Made by a program: the position numbers and the translations under genes. A stretch of DNA of 64,000 nucleotides, taken from contig JAQBQT010000011.1 of the NCBI GenBank assembly GCA_028286835.1, positions 5,246-69,245 on the forward strand, written 5' to 3'. The notes under the pieces were generated by a model. The model did not search any database, had not been told where the DNA came from, and saw nothing but the letters and a program-made list of their open reading frames with translations. This DNA is from Candidatus Parcubacteria bacterium (GTDB lineage Bacteria; Patescibacteriota; Minisyncoccia; Phycocordibacterales; PALSA-1337). Positions within the stretch are counted from its first letter, which is position 1. Each line of letters opens with the position of its first letter. Shown in pieces: positions 37,001-46,929 of this stretch.

Positions 37001-38881
37001 CTATTTCTTCCCCGCTCTCAAGGCATTGCCAATCGGAATAAAGTCTGTCAGAAAATTATACGTGGCTGCGCCGGCCGGACCGAGGGGCGACATGAATCCC
37101 GGCAGGCCGAATGCGACCAGCGCCAAGCCAATGAGATTCGTCAGCGCCCAGATGGCGAAGTTCTGCTTCATAACTCCGGTCACACGACGGGCGATCGACA
37201 TGACTTCGGGCAGACGGCCAAGATTGTCCTTCATGATGGTGACATCTGCGGCTTCTATCGCCGCATCCGCGCCGATGCCACCCATTGCTATCGAAACATC
37301 CGCGAGGGCAAGCGACGCTGCGTCATTCACGCCATCGCCGATGTAGCCCACGATGGCTGGCGCATGCTCGCGCTCGAAGCGGCGCACGAACTCGAGCTTG
37401 GTCTCAGGAGTCATATTGGCATGGAAATGCGTGATGCCGAGCTCGCCGGCAACAGCCGCCGCGGCATGCTCATTATCGCCGGTGAGCATGTGCCATTCCT
37501 TCACGCCATAGCGCTTGGTCTCGGCGATGATCTCCTTGGCATGCGGCCGCAGCTCGTCCATATAGGAGATGAGACCGGCGAGCCTTCCATTCACGGACAG
37601 CACGGCGATGCCCCGGCCAGCGTCCTTTTCGAGGACGATGTCGCGCTTGGCTTCTTCGGGGATATGGATCTTCTCCTTTTCCATGAATGAGGGGCGGCCC
37701 AGGAGCATGGTCTCCATGCCGTGACTGAACCTCACGCCCTGTCCGGACACTTCCTCAAGCTCATGCGGAGCGTGGGTCGCAGCTTTCTGGGCTATGCCAT
37801 ATTCGGCGATGGCTCTCGATACTGCATGCTTGGATTCGGATGCGCCCATGAGGGCGAGCTCGAGGACCTTGTGTGTCGAAAAATCTCCGTACGCCCTCAC
37901 ATCCACGACCTTCGGCATGCCTTTCGTGAGCGTGCCGGTCTTGTCAGTGAGGACATAGCGCAGCTTGGAGAGCTGTTCGAAGGCTGCGGACCCTTTGACG
38001 ATCACGCCCCGCTTGGCGGCGCGCGCGATGGCCGAAGTGAATGCGAGAGGAATGGCAACGGCGATGTCATCCGCGCACACGACAAGAAGAACGGCCAGAA
38101 TCTCTCGCGAAGAAAGGCCTACGAGATACATGACGACAGCTGCGACCAACGACAAGAATATGTACCACTGCGTGAAGCGATCCGCGGCGCGCTCAGCTTT
38201 GTTTTTGGCCCGGCTTGCCTCCTCGACAAGGGCGATCATGCGCGCGAGGGTGGTGTCTGCACCCACACGATCCGTCTTCACCACAATGGAACCGGATTCG
38301 TTGACCGTGGCCGTTGAGACTTTATCGCCAGGCTTCTTGGATACGAGGTCGCTCTCGCCTGTGAGCGAGGATTCATTCAGGTCCGCGCCGCCTGAAACAA
38401 CCGTACCATCGACAGGCACCCGATCGCCGGCTTCGACGATGACAAGGTCGCCTGGACGCACCGCGCTTATATGGACATCCTTCACTGTTTCGCCGATCTT
38501 GAGCCGTACATTCTCGACATGATATTTCATCAAGCTCTGGATGGTGCGCTTGGCCTTGGCCGATGTGATCTCCTCGAATATCCGCGCGAATGCGAGCATG
38601 AGAGTGATGAAAGCGGCCGACTTCCATTCCTGTGCAAGAAGCGAGAAGCCGAGAGCAATGGAAGCCAGGAGATCGACGGATAGCTGACGCCCTATGAGCG
38701 ACCTCACAGCGCTCAGGGCGACGGGTATGAGGCCCAGGAATGACAAAGCCGCCAGGATGATGTTGGCGGCAGGTGTGGCAGCGAAGAAATCGACTGCCAA
38801 AGAAGCGGATGTGAGGACTATGAGAGCGACGTCAAATCCGAAAAATACCTTTTCTTCAAGGGAGGAGGCTGACGTGTTCAT
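37001..38881 (-). CDS. P-type ATPase, heavy-metal (P1B)-like core; lacks an N-terminal metal-binding domain and has an atypical TM6 motif
   Basis: DKTGTLT phosphorylation site, TGES in the actuator region, GDGVNDAASLALADVSIAMG hinge, and an HP-like SKHAVSRAI. Where P1B pumps carry CPC, this protein reads VVCADDIAVAIP. Confidence 0.85.
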   Translation of the reverse strand: MNTSASSLEEKVFFGFDVALIVLTSASLAVDFFAATPAANIILAALSFLGLIPVALSAVRSLIGRQLSVDLLASIALGFSLLAQEWKSAAFITLMLAFARIFEEITSAKAKRTIQSLMKYHVENVRLKIGETVKDVHISAVRPGDLVIVEAGDRVPVDGTVVSGGADLNESSLTGESDLVSKKPGDKVSTATVNESGSIVVKTDRVGADTTLARMIALVEEASRAKNKAERAADRFTQWYIFLSLVAAVVMYLVGLSSREILAVLLVVCADDIAVAIPLAFTSAIARAAKRGVIVKGSAAFEQLSKLRYVLTDKTGTLTKGMPKVVDVRAYGDFSTHKVLELALMGASESKHAVSRAIAEYGIAQKAATHAPHELEEVSGQGVRFSHGMETMLLGRPSFMEKEKIHIPEEAKRDIVLEKDAGRGIAVLSVNGRLAGLISYMDELRPHAKEIIAETKRYGVKEWHMLTGDNEHAAAAVAGELGITHFHANMTPETKLEFVRRFEREHAPAIVGYIGDGVNDAASLALADVSIAMGGIGADAAIEAADVTIMKDNLGRLPEVMSIARRVTGVMKQNFAIWALTNLIGLALVAFGLPGFMSPLGPAGAATYNFLTDFIPIGNALRAGKK

Positions 38882-38893
38882 TCAGCTAGTATA

Positions 38894-39505
38894 TCAAGCT
38901 TTCCTGCCTGCGTGCGCCGCTCCCATAGTGAGAAGATAGGTCAGGAGCAGAAAGCCGATCCAGCCGAGGAAGGATATCCAGCCGAGCTGATCGACGCGGG
39001 CCTCTGTGTCGCGAAGAGATCTGGCGGCAAGGACAAAGCCTGACTGAGGAGCGCCCTGAGTCGATGTGCCGATAGATATCGCGACCCCGGTCGATGAGGC
39101 GACTTTCCACGGAAGCGCGACGGCTGCGAACCTGAGGCCATTCGATGTCTCCCAGGTCACGCGATCTTCGCCGTTCTTGCGCACGTAGTCGAATATGCCG
39201 GCCGGAGGAAGGAGAGGCGTCGATGAGGCGCCGAAGTATGCGGAGGAGCCGAGGAGCGTGCCCTGCTCGTCGAACACCATGCCGAATGGAGACTGGCTTT
39301 GGGACATATCTGTACCTGCCGCCGTGAACATCTGATTGACCGGGTAGCCGCTCGAAAGCGCTGCGGCCGCATCTTCGGCCAGCATGATCTGGGGATCATT
39401 GGCTGTCTGACGGTAGTTCTGCTGAAGCGTCGCGTACCCCACGAGCATGATGACCGTGCCGCCAATGGCCAACGGGAGCCATGAAATTAAAGTTTTGTGT
39501 GTCAT
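38894..39505 (-). CDS. hypothetical membrane protein (N- and C-terminal TM helices), 12 nt upstream of the P-type ATPase
   Basis: 203-aa ORF with hydrophobic termini. No family recognised. Confidence 0.5.
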   Translation of the reverse strand: MTHKTLISWLPLAIGGTVIMLVGYATLQQNYRQTANDPQIMLAEDAAAALSSGYPVNQMFTAAGTDMSQSQSPFGMVFDEQGTLLGSSAYFGASSTPLLPPAGIFDYVRKNGEDRVTWETSNGLRFAAVALPWKVASSTGVAISIGTSTQGAPQSGFVLAARSLRDTEARVDQLGWISFLGWIGFLLLTYLLTMGAAHAGRKA

Positions 39506-39554
39506 ATGCTTATTATAACCATACTATGCCTATAAATGTCACACTGGGAGAACC

Positions 39555-40352
39555 CTACTTCATTACCTTAGCGTGATAATACAAATGATTCGCATCTTTT
39601 GCATCATAATTAGGTTGATTAGTAACCAGAGAGAACGATTTCGGATCTGCACCTGAAATAGGTGTGCCAAGGGTCATTATTCCATCATTCACAACCTCGG
39701 GAATGACTGAGTACACTTTCTGGCTGTCTTTGGCATACCATTCATTCAAAACTACAAAAGTATCAGGATCAGCATTTCCATTTATTGGTTGTGCAGTAAA
39801 AGCATTATAAATGTGCCTGCTATCCTTTGCATATCCAGTTTGCTGGCCAGAATTATCTAGAATGAAATGAAACGAGGCGTCTGCTCCCGCAACCAAAGCA
39901 TCGAGAAAATATATATTGCTTTTATCCTTTGCATAAAATCCATAATAGCTATCAGCCTCGGTGTTATAGCCGATGAAAGAGAAGGTCGCGGGGTCTGCCA
40001 TTGGAAGAATTCTGATATTCCCCCACTGGTCCGGAAGGTAGACATGATTTTTATCTTTTGCATATTCATGCTCTGTACCAACAAATGTAGCCGGATCAGC
40101 ACCCGGAATAAGGGCTCTACAACCTGCCGTAGGGCAAGGAGAACTTTCAGTCAGGTAGAATACGCCAGAAGAGTCCCTTAAATAACCGCCATGCCCGTTA
40201 TAACCCATTGGACCGGCTATGGGAATACTTTTTTCTTCTTTTTGCTCTTCTTTTTTTGGGGAAAGATTTCGTATGGAAAGAGCATTGTAAACATACAGAC
40301 CCAATACGAAAAAAAGGGATAGGCCTATGAGTAATTTTATTGGTGATTTCAT
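39555..40352 (-). CDS. DKNYY-repeat secreted protein
   Basis: Repeated YAKDKNHVY / YAKDKSNIY / YAKDSRHIY / YAKDSQKVY / DAKDANHLYY units and an N-terminal TM/signal sequence. The gene is visibly more AT-rich than its flanks. The ATG at 40352 was chosen (MKSPIKLL). Confidence 0.6.
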   Translation of the reverse strand: MKSPIKLLIGLSLFFVLGLYVYNALSIRNLSPKKEEQKEEKSIPIAGPMGYNGHGGYLRDSSGVFYLTESSPCPTAGCRALIPGADPATFVGTEHEYAKDKNHVYLPDQWGNIRILPMADPATFSFIGYNTEADSYYGFYAKDKSNIYFLDALVAGADASFHFILDNSGQQTGYAKDSRHIYNAFTAQPINGNADPDTFVVLNEWYAKDSQKVYSVIPEVVNDGIMTLGTPISGADPKSFSLVTNQPNYDAKDANHLYYHAKVMK

Positions 40353-40387
40353 AATAGAGCTAGTTTGGATCCGAAATAAAACCCTTT

Positions 40388-41692
40388 TTACAGCTTCGTG
40401 ATATCCCTCGGCGACACGAGTTCGAATGCCCATTCAGCGGCGATGCGGATGCGCTTGCGCCACGAAGCGAACTTGGAAAGATAGACCGTGCGCCAGAGCC
40501 ACCACGTGAATCGGCCGGCAAGCTTCATAGAGAATATCTCGCCGATGGCAAACCACTGACCCACCGACACCATGCTGCCCGGCGAATTATAATGAAAATC
40601 CTTGAGAGGCTTTCCCGCTATGGCGGCGATTATGTTCTTAGCTACCCTTCCCGATTGGGATTGAGCCACCTGAGCGAGCATCGGCAATGGCCGAGTCTTG
40701 CTGGAGTCCTTGGCGAAATCGCGGGCATCGACATACGCAGCGGCATCGCCGAGCACGAATATGCGATCGCTGCCGAGGAGGCGGAAATTGCCGTCGACCG
40801 CGAGGCGACCGCCGGTCAGGGTCGGCTTGAGGTCTTCGAAATGCGGGATGATCGCCTTCACGCCCGCAGTCCATACGATCATCGAGGCGGGAATGGTCTC
40901 GCCGGATGCGAGCGTGAGCCCGGTCCGGGTCACTGCGCTCACGACAGTGCTGGATCTGACCGTGACCCCATTCTTGGTCAGGCGGTCCTGAGCGGCAGTG
41001 CGGAGGGACGGCTTGAACATCTCGAGCAATTCCTTGCTTGCATTGACGAGGGTGAGAGACGGCTCTTCAGGAGAGCATTTGCGCGGATCTTCGGCGCTGC
41101 AGTGGCTGGCGCCATAATAGCGGCCGACCAGGCCCGACATGAATTCAGACAGCTCTGCGGCGAGCTCGACTCCGGTAGCGCCGCCTCCGACGACGACGAA
41201 CGAGAGGAGCGCTTTGCGGTCATCGGCATTCTCGGTGAGGACTGCGCGTTCAAAAGTGTCGATGATGCGATTGCGTATGGCGGTTGCATCGGCGAGGCTC
41301 TTCAGGGGCAATGTGAATTCCGGAGCGCCTGGAATGCCATAATAGTTCGTCTCTGCGCCGAGGGCTGCGACGAGATAATCATAGCGGAGGATATGCACCT
41401 GGCCGTTCTCGCGGACCGCCACTGTCCGCTCGGCCGCGTTGATGCCATCGACGCTTCCCTGCACGATCCGGATGCCAGTATGCACGAAGACTTCACGGAG
41501 AGGCTCCGCGACATTCCTCGGGCTGAGGCCTCCCGTCGCCACTTCATGAAGGAGCGGCGTAAAAAGGAAATAATTGGTGCGATTGACGATGGTGACATCT
41601 ATCTCGCCGCGCTTGACGCGTGCCCTGAGTTTCTTGGCGACATTGGTTCCGCCGAATCCGGCTCCGAGGATGACAATGTGAGGACGAAGCAT
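40388..41692 (-). CDS. ndh: type II NADH dehydrogenase (NDH-2) / FAD-dependent pyridine nucleotide-disulfide oxidoreductase
   Basis: N-terminal GAGFGG dinucleotide-binding motif, a second GGGATGVE motif, and a C-terminal membrane-anchoring region. Confidence 0.85.
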   Translation of the reverse strand: MLRPHIVILGAGFGGTNVAKKLRARVKRGEIDVTIVNRTNYFLFTPLLHEVATGGLSPRNVAEPLREVFVHTGIRIVQGSVDGINAAERTVAVRENGQVHILRYDYLVAALGAETNYYGIPGAPEFTLPLKSLADATAIRNRIIDTFERAVLTENADDRKALLSFVVVGGGATGVELAAELSEFMSGLVGRYYGASHCSAEDPRKCSPEEPSLTLVNASKELLEMFKPSLRTAAQDRLTKNGVTVRSSTVVSAVTRTGLTLASGETIPASMIVWTAGVKAIIPHFEDLKPTLTGGRLAVDGNFRLLGSDRIFVLGDAAAYVDARDFAKDSSKTRPLPMLAQVAQSQSGRVAKNIIAAIAGKPLKDFHYNSPGSMVSVGQWFAIGEIFSMKLAGRFTWWLWRTVYLSKFASWRKRIRIAAEWAFELVSPRDITKL

Positions 41693-41707
41693 GGATGAAG
41701 TATATCA

Positions 41708-42454
41708 CTACACGCCGGCAAAATGTATGGCGACGTAAAGGGCTCCTGCGCCGAGCAGGGTCATGAAAGTGGTCAGAAACTTAGGGTGCGCATGATGGCT
41801 TTCGGGAATGAGGTCGGTCGCGCCGATGTACAGGAAGAAGCCGGCGAACAATGCCAGAATGGCGGAGAGGACGTTCTCTGGAAGCGTGAAGAGAAGCGTC
41901 GAAGCGGCACCGAGAACGGGCGCAAAGGCATCCGTGAGGAGCCAGTGGAATGCGCGCGTCTTGTTTCCCTTGTTCTTCAGTATGAGATTGACGGTATTGA
42001 TGCCGTCGGAAAAATCGTGGGTAAGGACAGCCGCCGTGACAATGGCTCCGACAGCCGGAGACACTTGGAAAGCGAGGCCGATCGCCACGCCATCAAGGAA
42101 GCTGTGAAGCGACAGGCTCCCCGCTCCGAGCATGCCCCTACGGATGCCATGCGACTCGGTCGAAGAAAGATCATGCTCATGTCCTTCTTCATGCGTATGA
42201 GCGTGCAGGAATATGAGGCGGTCCAGAATGAGATAGAGGAAGAAGCCAACTGCGACCATGGCCATGGTAGTACCTGCTGTATAGAACTTCCAGCCCAGAT
42301 CCAACGCCTCAGGAATGAGATCGAAGAACGCGACGGCGATGACTGCGCCAGCGCTGAAGCCAAGAATGAGATGCAGCTTATCCCTGAATCGCAAGGCAAA
42401 GAGCCCTCCGACGAGCGTGGCGACAAATGTAGCGATGGCAATGAGTATGATCAT
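41708..42454 (-). CDS. ZIP family metal transporter (ZupT-like)
   Basis: Eight TM helices, with the HSFLDGVAIG and THDFSDG signature regions and a His-rich loop (HAHTHEEGHEHD). Confidence 0.85.
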   Translation of the reverse strand: MIILIAIATFVATLVGGLFALRFRDKLHLILGFSAGAVIAVAFFDLIPEALDLGWKFYTAGTTMAMVAVGFFLYLILDRLIFLHAHTHEEGHEHDLSSTESHGIRRGMLGAGSLSLHSFLDGVAIGLAFQVSPAVGAIVTAAVLTHDFSDGINTVNLILKNKGNKTRAFHWLLTDAFAPVLGAASTLLFTLPENVLSAILALFAGFFLYIGATDLIPESHHAHPKFLTTFMTLLGAGALYVAIHFAGV

Positions 42455-43167
42455 GATTGGTATTTCTTTTTAAGCTCAAGAGCGCTTTTCACGTGCATGT
42501 CTTTAGTGACTGCTCCTGACATATTGGAAGAATGAACACGATGCAGATGCGAGATGAAGTCACATATATGCGGCATATGACCCTTAAGCAGGACCCTAAC
42601 GCACAAATCGAGATCTTCCCCCATTTTAACCGATGGATCGAACATGCCGACATTGATGAATAAGCTCTTCTTTATAAAAATATTTTGCTGAATGTAGTGC
42701 TCACCCTTGAAGATGGAATCGAGCATGTTCCCTATGTCCTTAAAATTCCATGAATAGTAATCATCGCCGATGATATATCTCAGATTTTCATCTACATGCA
42801 AGAAATCGGCGACAAACCATCCCGCACCAGGAAACTCCTTGGCTTTCGCAGCGAATTTATATAATGTGCGCTGAAGGAGGATATCATCGCTGTCCAAGAA
42901 GAACAAATACTCTCCCCTTGCCTCTTTTACAGCCTCATTCCTGGCTTTTGATTGGCCCTGATTATTATCATTGCGAATATAACGGATATTCGGATGCTGT
43001 TCTTTTTGGAAAAGCTCAGGAGTCCCGTCTGTAGATCCATCGTCATATATGATGTACTCCCACGATACATCCTCATACGGAATGAGTAGGCTTTTTTTAA
43101 CGCTTTCAACCGTCTCCTGGAGAAGGTGTTTTCTATTATATGTCGGCGTTATAATTGATATCTTCAT
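42451..43167 (-). CDS. family 2 glycosyltransferase
   Basis: ISIITPTYNR, YDDGSTDGT, and the DSDD motif (the GT-A DxD). The ATG at 43167 was chosen over the track TTG at 43191. Confidence 0.8.
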   Translation of the reverse strand: MKISIITPTYNRKHLLQETVESVKKSLLIPYEDVSWEYIIYDDGSTDGTPELFQKEQHPNIRYIRNDNNQGQSKARNEAVKEARGEYLFFLDSDDILLQRTLYKFAAKAKEFPGAGWFVADFLHVDENLRYIIGDDYYSWNFKDIGNMLDSIFKGEHYIQQNIFIKKSLFINVGMFDPSVKMGEDLDLCVRVLLKGHMPHICDFISHLHRVHSSNMSGAVTKDMHVKSALELKKKYQS

Positions 43168-43169
43168 AT

Positions 43170-44312
43170 CTATTGAACGTGACGTGCCCAATGTGTCGAC
43201 CAGATAAGATCGTGCATAGCGGTATAAGCCTTCTCGGCTTTCATGCGCTCGGCGAGGGGCATAGTCTTAAGCGAACGCACCGCATTAAGAAGCATGAGAG
43301 CTCCCTTCTCTATCTCGGAAGGATTCCAACAGACGGGAGAGAATGGTCCTAGCTTGCGGCCGTTCGCCCACCACCAGGCACAGCTTGCATAGCCTTTGTC
43401 GAGACAAATTTCCGCAAGCGCATAATGATCATCTGCGGCATGAGCTGTGACGATCTTCTCCACAAGATGCGCAAAGTCCCACAGCTTCTGATGGACTTCA
43501 TTGTCGGGCGAATTCCATAGTGCGAACGGATTGCGTGCCGCGATCTCGTCCGGCGTCGATTCCCATGAGCCCTTGCGGAGCTTGATGATCTTCCCCTCCT
43601 TCAGTTCCTGGATATGCTCGGAGACCGTGACCATGTGTATGTTCGGCGACGTGAAGGCCTTCTCATAGAAACCTTTGTCGTCGGTGTGCCAATGGCCATA
43701 GAGTTCGCCGTCATGAGCAGTGACCAGCGGGTCCGGTGCCCGATTCATGTTGCTGATGATGAACTCTGGCGGGAACGAGCGCGAGAATTCGCGATTCCTG
43801 AAGACGACAGTGAGGCCGCTGTCGAGGATCTTATAGGTGATGTCAGGCTCGATCTGACCGGGCGCATTGATCTCATCGAGGACCGTCCATTCGAAGCCGA
43901 GCTCCTTTACGATTTCTCCTGCCCCGGCGGAATATGCCATCTCGGGAAAATAGAAACCGCGCGGTACGCACGATTCGCCGAAATACGTCTTGAGGATGGC
44001 GCTGTTGCGCTTGATCTGCCTGCGCATCATCTCGGGCGATGTGAGCGGCATGAGCGGATGATAGAGCGCGCTTCCTGTGAGTTCGATGCGACCTTCTTTA
44101 ACGAGGGCGCGATAGGAATCGATGATATCCCTATGCCCATACCTATCGAAAAGCTCGAGGAGAGATCCGGTGATGTTCATCGTCAGGCGCATATTCGGAT
44201 ACTTCTTCATCAATTCCGGTATGAGCGTATAGCTTTCGCGCACGACCTTATCCACGATCTCCTTGGACTGGGTCGGGGGCTGATATATGTGTAGAAAGTT
44301 GACCCACTTCAT
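43170..44312 (-). CDS. glycoside hydrolase family 57-like protein
   Basis: N-terminal FLHIYQPP, which matches the H-x-H/Y-Q-P start of GH57 enzymes. Neighbours a glycogen synthase gene. Confidence 0.6.
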   Translation of the reverse strand: MKWVNFLHIYQPPTQSKEIVDKVVRESYTLIPELMKKYPNMRLTMNITGSLLELFDRYGHRDIIDSYRALVKEGRIELTGSALYHPLMPLTSPEMMRRQIKRNSAILKTYFGESCVPRGFYFPEMAYSAGAGEIVKELGFEWTVLDEINAPGQIEPDITYKILDSGLTVVFRNREFSRSFPPEFIISNMNRAPDPLVTAHDGELYGHWHTDDKGFYEKAFTSPNIHMVTVSEHIQELKEGKIIKLRKGSWESTPDEIAARNPFALWNSPDNEVHQKLWDFAHLVEKIVTAHAADDHYALAEICLDKGYASCAWWWANGRKLGPFSPVCWNPSEIEKGALMLLNAVRSLKTMPLAERMKAEKAYTAMHDLIWSTHWARHVQ

Positions 44313-44327
44313 AATGATAGGTAAAGC

Positions 44328-45851
44328 TTATTCCTTCTTCTTTGCAAGCTCGCGGGAATGGAGTTCGGATGCGCGAGCGAAGACGTCGATGTATTTGCGT
44401 GCCGACTCCTCCCAGGAGAAGTTCTCCAGCATGCCGCGCCTGACGATGTTTGCCCAATCCTTCTTGTTCCTGAAGTTCTCCACTGCGCGGATGAGGGCGA
44501 TCATGAGGGATGATGAGTCGAATTTCTCAAAAGTGAAGCCCGTGCCGGTCTCCTTATCCGGATCATAGTCCTTGACCGTATCGGCCAAGCCGCCAGTTTC
44601 GCGGACGATTGGCACTGCGCCCATGCGGAGTGCCTCCATCTGTGTGAGTCCGCACGGTTCGAACTGCGACGGCATGAGTGCGGCGTCGGCACCGGCGAAG
44701 ATGACGTGCGGCAGGATGGCATCGAACGAGAGGTGTGCAGCCACACGGCGCGGGTACTTGGTCTCAAGATTGCGGAAGAAGCCCATGAGGTCTGCTTCGC
44801 CGGTTCCTACGATTGCTATCTGCACTGGCAATTCCTGCATGATGATGTCAGCAATAGGCATAAGAAGGTCGAACCCCTTCTGACGCGTGAGACGCGACGC
44901 GATGCCGATGACGAAGGCATTCTTGTCGTTCTCGAGGCCGAAGCGCTCCTGAAGGACCGCCTTATTGCGTGAGCGCAGGACGATGTCGTCCTTGCTGTAC
45001 GGATACATGATGTACGGATCGTTCTGGGGATTCCAGATGCTGTAGTCGATGCCGTTCAGGATGCCGGCAAGCACATTCCTGCGCTCTCGGAGGAGGCCGT
45101 CGAGAAGCTGGCCGTATTCCGGAGTAAGTATCTCGCGGGCGTACGTCGGCGAAACCGTGGTGATGATATCGGCATACATGATGCCGCGGCGCATGCTGTT
45201 GATCTTGTTAAGGCGCTCGCTCTCGAATGCTGGCACAGGCGAATGGCCGTCGTCCCGATCCATTTCCTGCACGAAGCTGTGGTCGAACATTCCCTGGTAT
45301 GAAAGGTTGTGAATGGAGAAGATGGTCGCGATCTTATTGACGGTCGGGTCGTCGCGGTATTCGGTCTTGAGATAGTTGACGATGAGTCCAGCCTGCCAGT
45401 CGCAGGCGACGATGACATCCGGGTGCCATTCCTTGTTGATACGCAAAAATTCGATGATGCCGCGCGACAGGAGCGCCCAGCGGATCGGATCGTCTGCATA
45501 GCCGTACACGTTGCTGCGCTTCTCGTAATATTCCTGGTTCTCCAGGAAGTACGTCGTCACAGGATCAGAGGGAGCCTTCGGTGTGAACTTCTTCACGTTG
45601 CAGATGAAATGCGAAGGGCCCTCGGTGTTGCCGGTCGGGACCTGGATATCTTCGAGAACGGTGGAGAGTTTGTACTTGCCTTCAATGGGCAGGTACTTCG
45701 GTATCATCACGCGGGCATCACAGCCTATGTCGCGCAGGGCCCGCGGAAGCGAGTCCATGACTGAGGCAAGTCCGCCGACTTTGACGAAAGGAGCTGCTTC
45801 GGCGGCTACAAACAAGACCCTCGCCGGCTCCTTGAATGTAAGAAACTTCAT
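44328..45851 (-). CDS. glgA: glycogen/starch synthase (GT5, GlgA-like)
   Basis: AEAAPFVKVGGLASV (the K-x-GGL ADP-glucose binding signature), a C-terminal GT-B domain, and MPSQFEPCGL. Confidence 0.85.
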   Translation of the reverse strand: MKFLTFKEPARVLFVAAEAAPFVKVGGLASVMDSLPRALRDIGCDARVMIPKYLPIEGKYKLSTVLEDIQVPTGNTEGPSHFICNVKKFTPKAPSDPVTTYFLENQEYYEKRSNVYGYADDPIRWALLSRGIIEFLRINKEWHPDVIVACDWQAGLIVNYLKTEYRDDPTVNKIATIFSIHNLSYQGMFDHSFVQEMDRDDGHSPVPAFESERLNKINSMRRGIMYADIITTVSPTYAREILTPEYGQLLDGLLRERRNVLAGILNGIDYSIWNPQNDPYIMYPYSKDDIVLRSRNKAVLQERFGLENDKNAFVIGIASRLTRQKGFDLLMPIADIIMQELPVQIAIVGTGEADLMGFFRNLETKYPRRVAAHLSFDAILPHVIFAGADAALMPSQFEPCGLTQMEALRMGAVPIVRETGGLADTVKDYDPDKETGTGFTFEKFDSSSLMIALIRAVENFRNKKDWANIVRRGMLENFSWEESARKYIDVFARASELHSRELAKKKE

Positions 45852-45885
45852 GAATATATACTATACCCCATAGGGGTGCTTTAGT

Positions 45886-46929
45886 CTACGATTTTGAAGC
45901 ATCCACGAATGCACGCACTCCCTGAGAAGTAAGGGTATAGGTGCGGACAAAGGAATCATCGACATGGGCATATAATATCCCTTCGTTTTTACTTGTCTCG
46001 ATGAACTGGCTGGCGAATGTTATCGTCTTGGCTTCTGTGTCCTGAATGAACGGTTCCGGCGAAACCCAGTCGATTTTGCCGTGTTCGTAGTCATATATAA
46101 AGAGGCCAACTGAGAACATGCCGTACTTCGTCTCGCCTCCCTCTTTTGTGTTAGCTTCACGGCCATTAATGATGCCTAAGGCCTTGCCTTCCCCCGCATC
46201 ATAAAATTCGCGGGAAAAGAGCGGGCCTGGCGATGCGTGGCCGCTGATCCATGGTATGCCCTGTTCCTTTGGATGAAATACGGTTTCGCCAAATTTCCAT
46301 GGCTTGCCCATGTCTTCCACAATAGCGATTCGTACGGTTGAATATTTGTCTTCACCATCGACTATCCGGGATTCAACGAGATTGAGCCTGACTCCATTCT
46401 TGTTTATCGGAGCGATGGATATTTCCTTTGCGCCCGGCATGCCATGTACATCCATTTCTGGAGACAGGGCGGGCACAGTCATCTCGAGATGCGCCAAGTC
46501 CTTCCCCACCGCATGTCCGAGATATATGAGAGATTCTTTTGGTTTTATATTTTTACGAATGAACGGCATCGTAAAATAGAGGTGTGTGAGCCCGGTGAAG
46601 GAATCAATGAAAATATCCGGATCTTCAAGACCTATAAAATCCCGATCATCACTTGTAAGACCGGCGATAACTGCTGCTTCATTTTTTATTGGAATTCTTT
46701 CTCCGATTTTAAAGCTTTCAAGAGAGCTTCCCGTCACAAAGCGAAGCTCGCTGCGATCAGTAAATCCTTTTATTCCCACATTTCCTTCACGACTAGTAAT
46801 ACAGCGCAGGATGCCCTTCTTGTAGCCTGAAGACGGATCGAGTGCGATCGCCATCACATGCGTATACCGAGCGTCTGTTTCTATGACCTTGCCTTTATGC
46901 TCGATATACAAAGTCGGCTTTTTCATCAT
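45886..46929 (-). CDS. hypothetical protein, possible beta-propeller glycosidase/phosphorylase (GH130-like)
   Basis: 347 aa. Weak resemblance only. Confidence 0.35.
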   Translation of the reverse strand: MMKKPTLYIEHKGKVIETDARYTHVMAIALDPSSGYKKGILRCITSREGNVGIKGFTDRSELRFVTGSSLESFKIGERIPIKNEAAVIAGLTSDDRDFIGLEDPDIFIDSFTGLTHLYFTMPFIRKNIKPKESLIYLGHAVGKDLAHLEMTVPALSPEMDVHGMPGAKEISIAPINKNGVRLNLVESRIVDGEDKYSTVRIAIVEDMGKPWKFGETVFHPKEQGIPWISGHASPGPLFSREFYDAGEGKALGIINGREANTKEGGETKYGMFSVGLFIYDYEHGKIDWVSPEPFIQDTEAKTITFASQFIETSKNEGILYAHVDDSFVRTYTLTSQGVRAFVDASKS

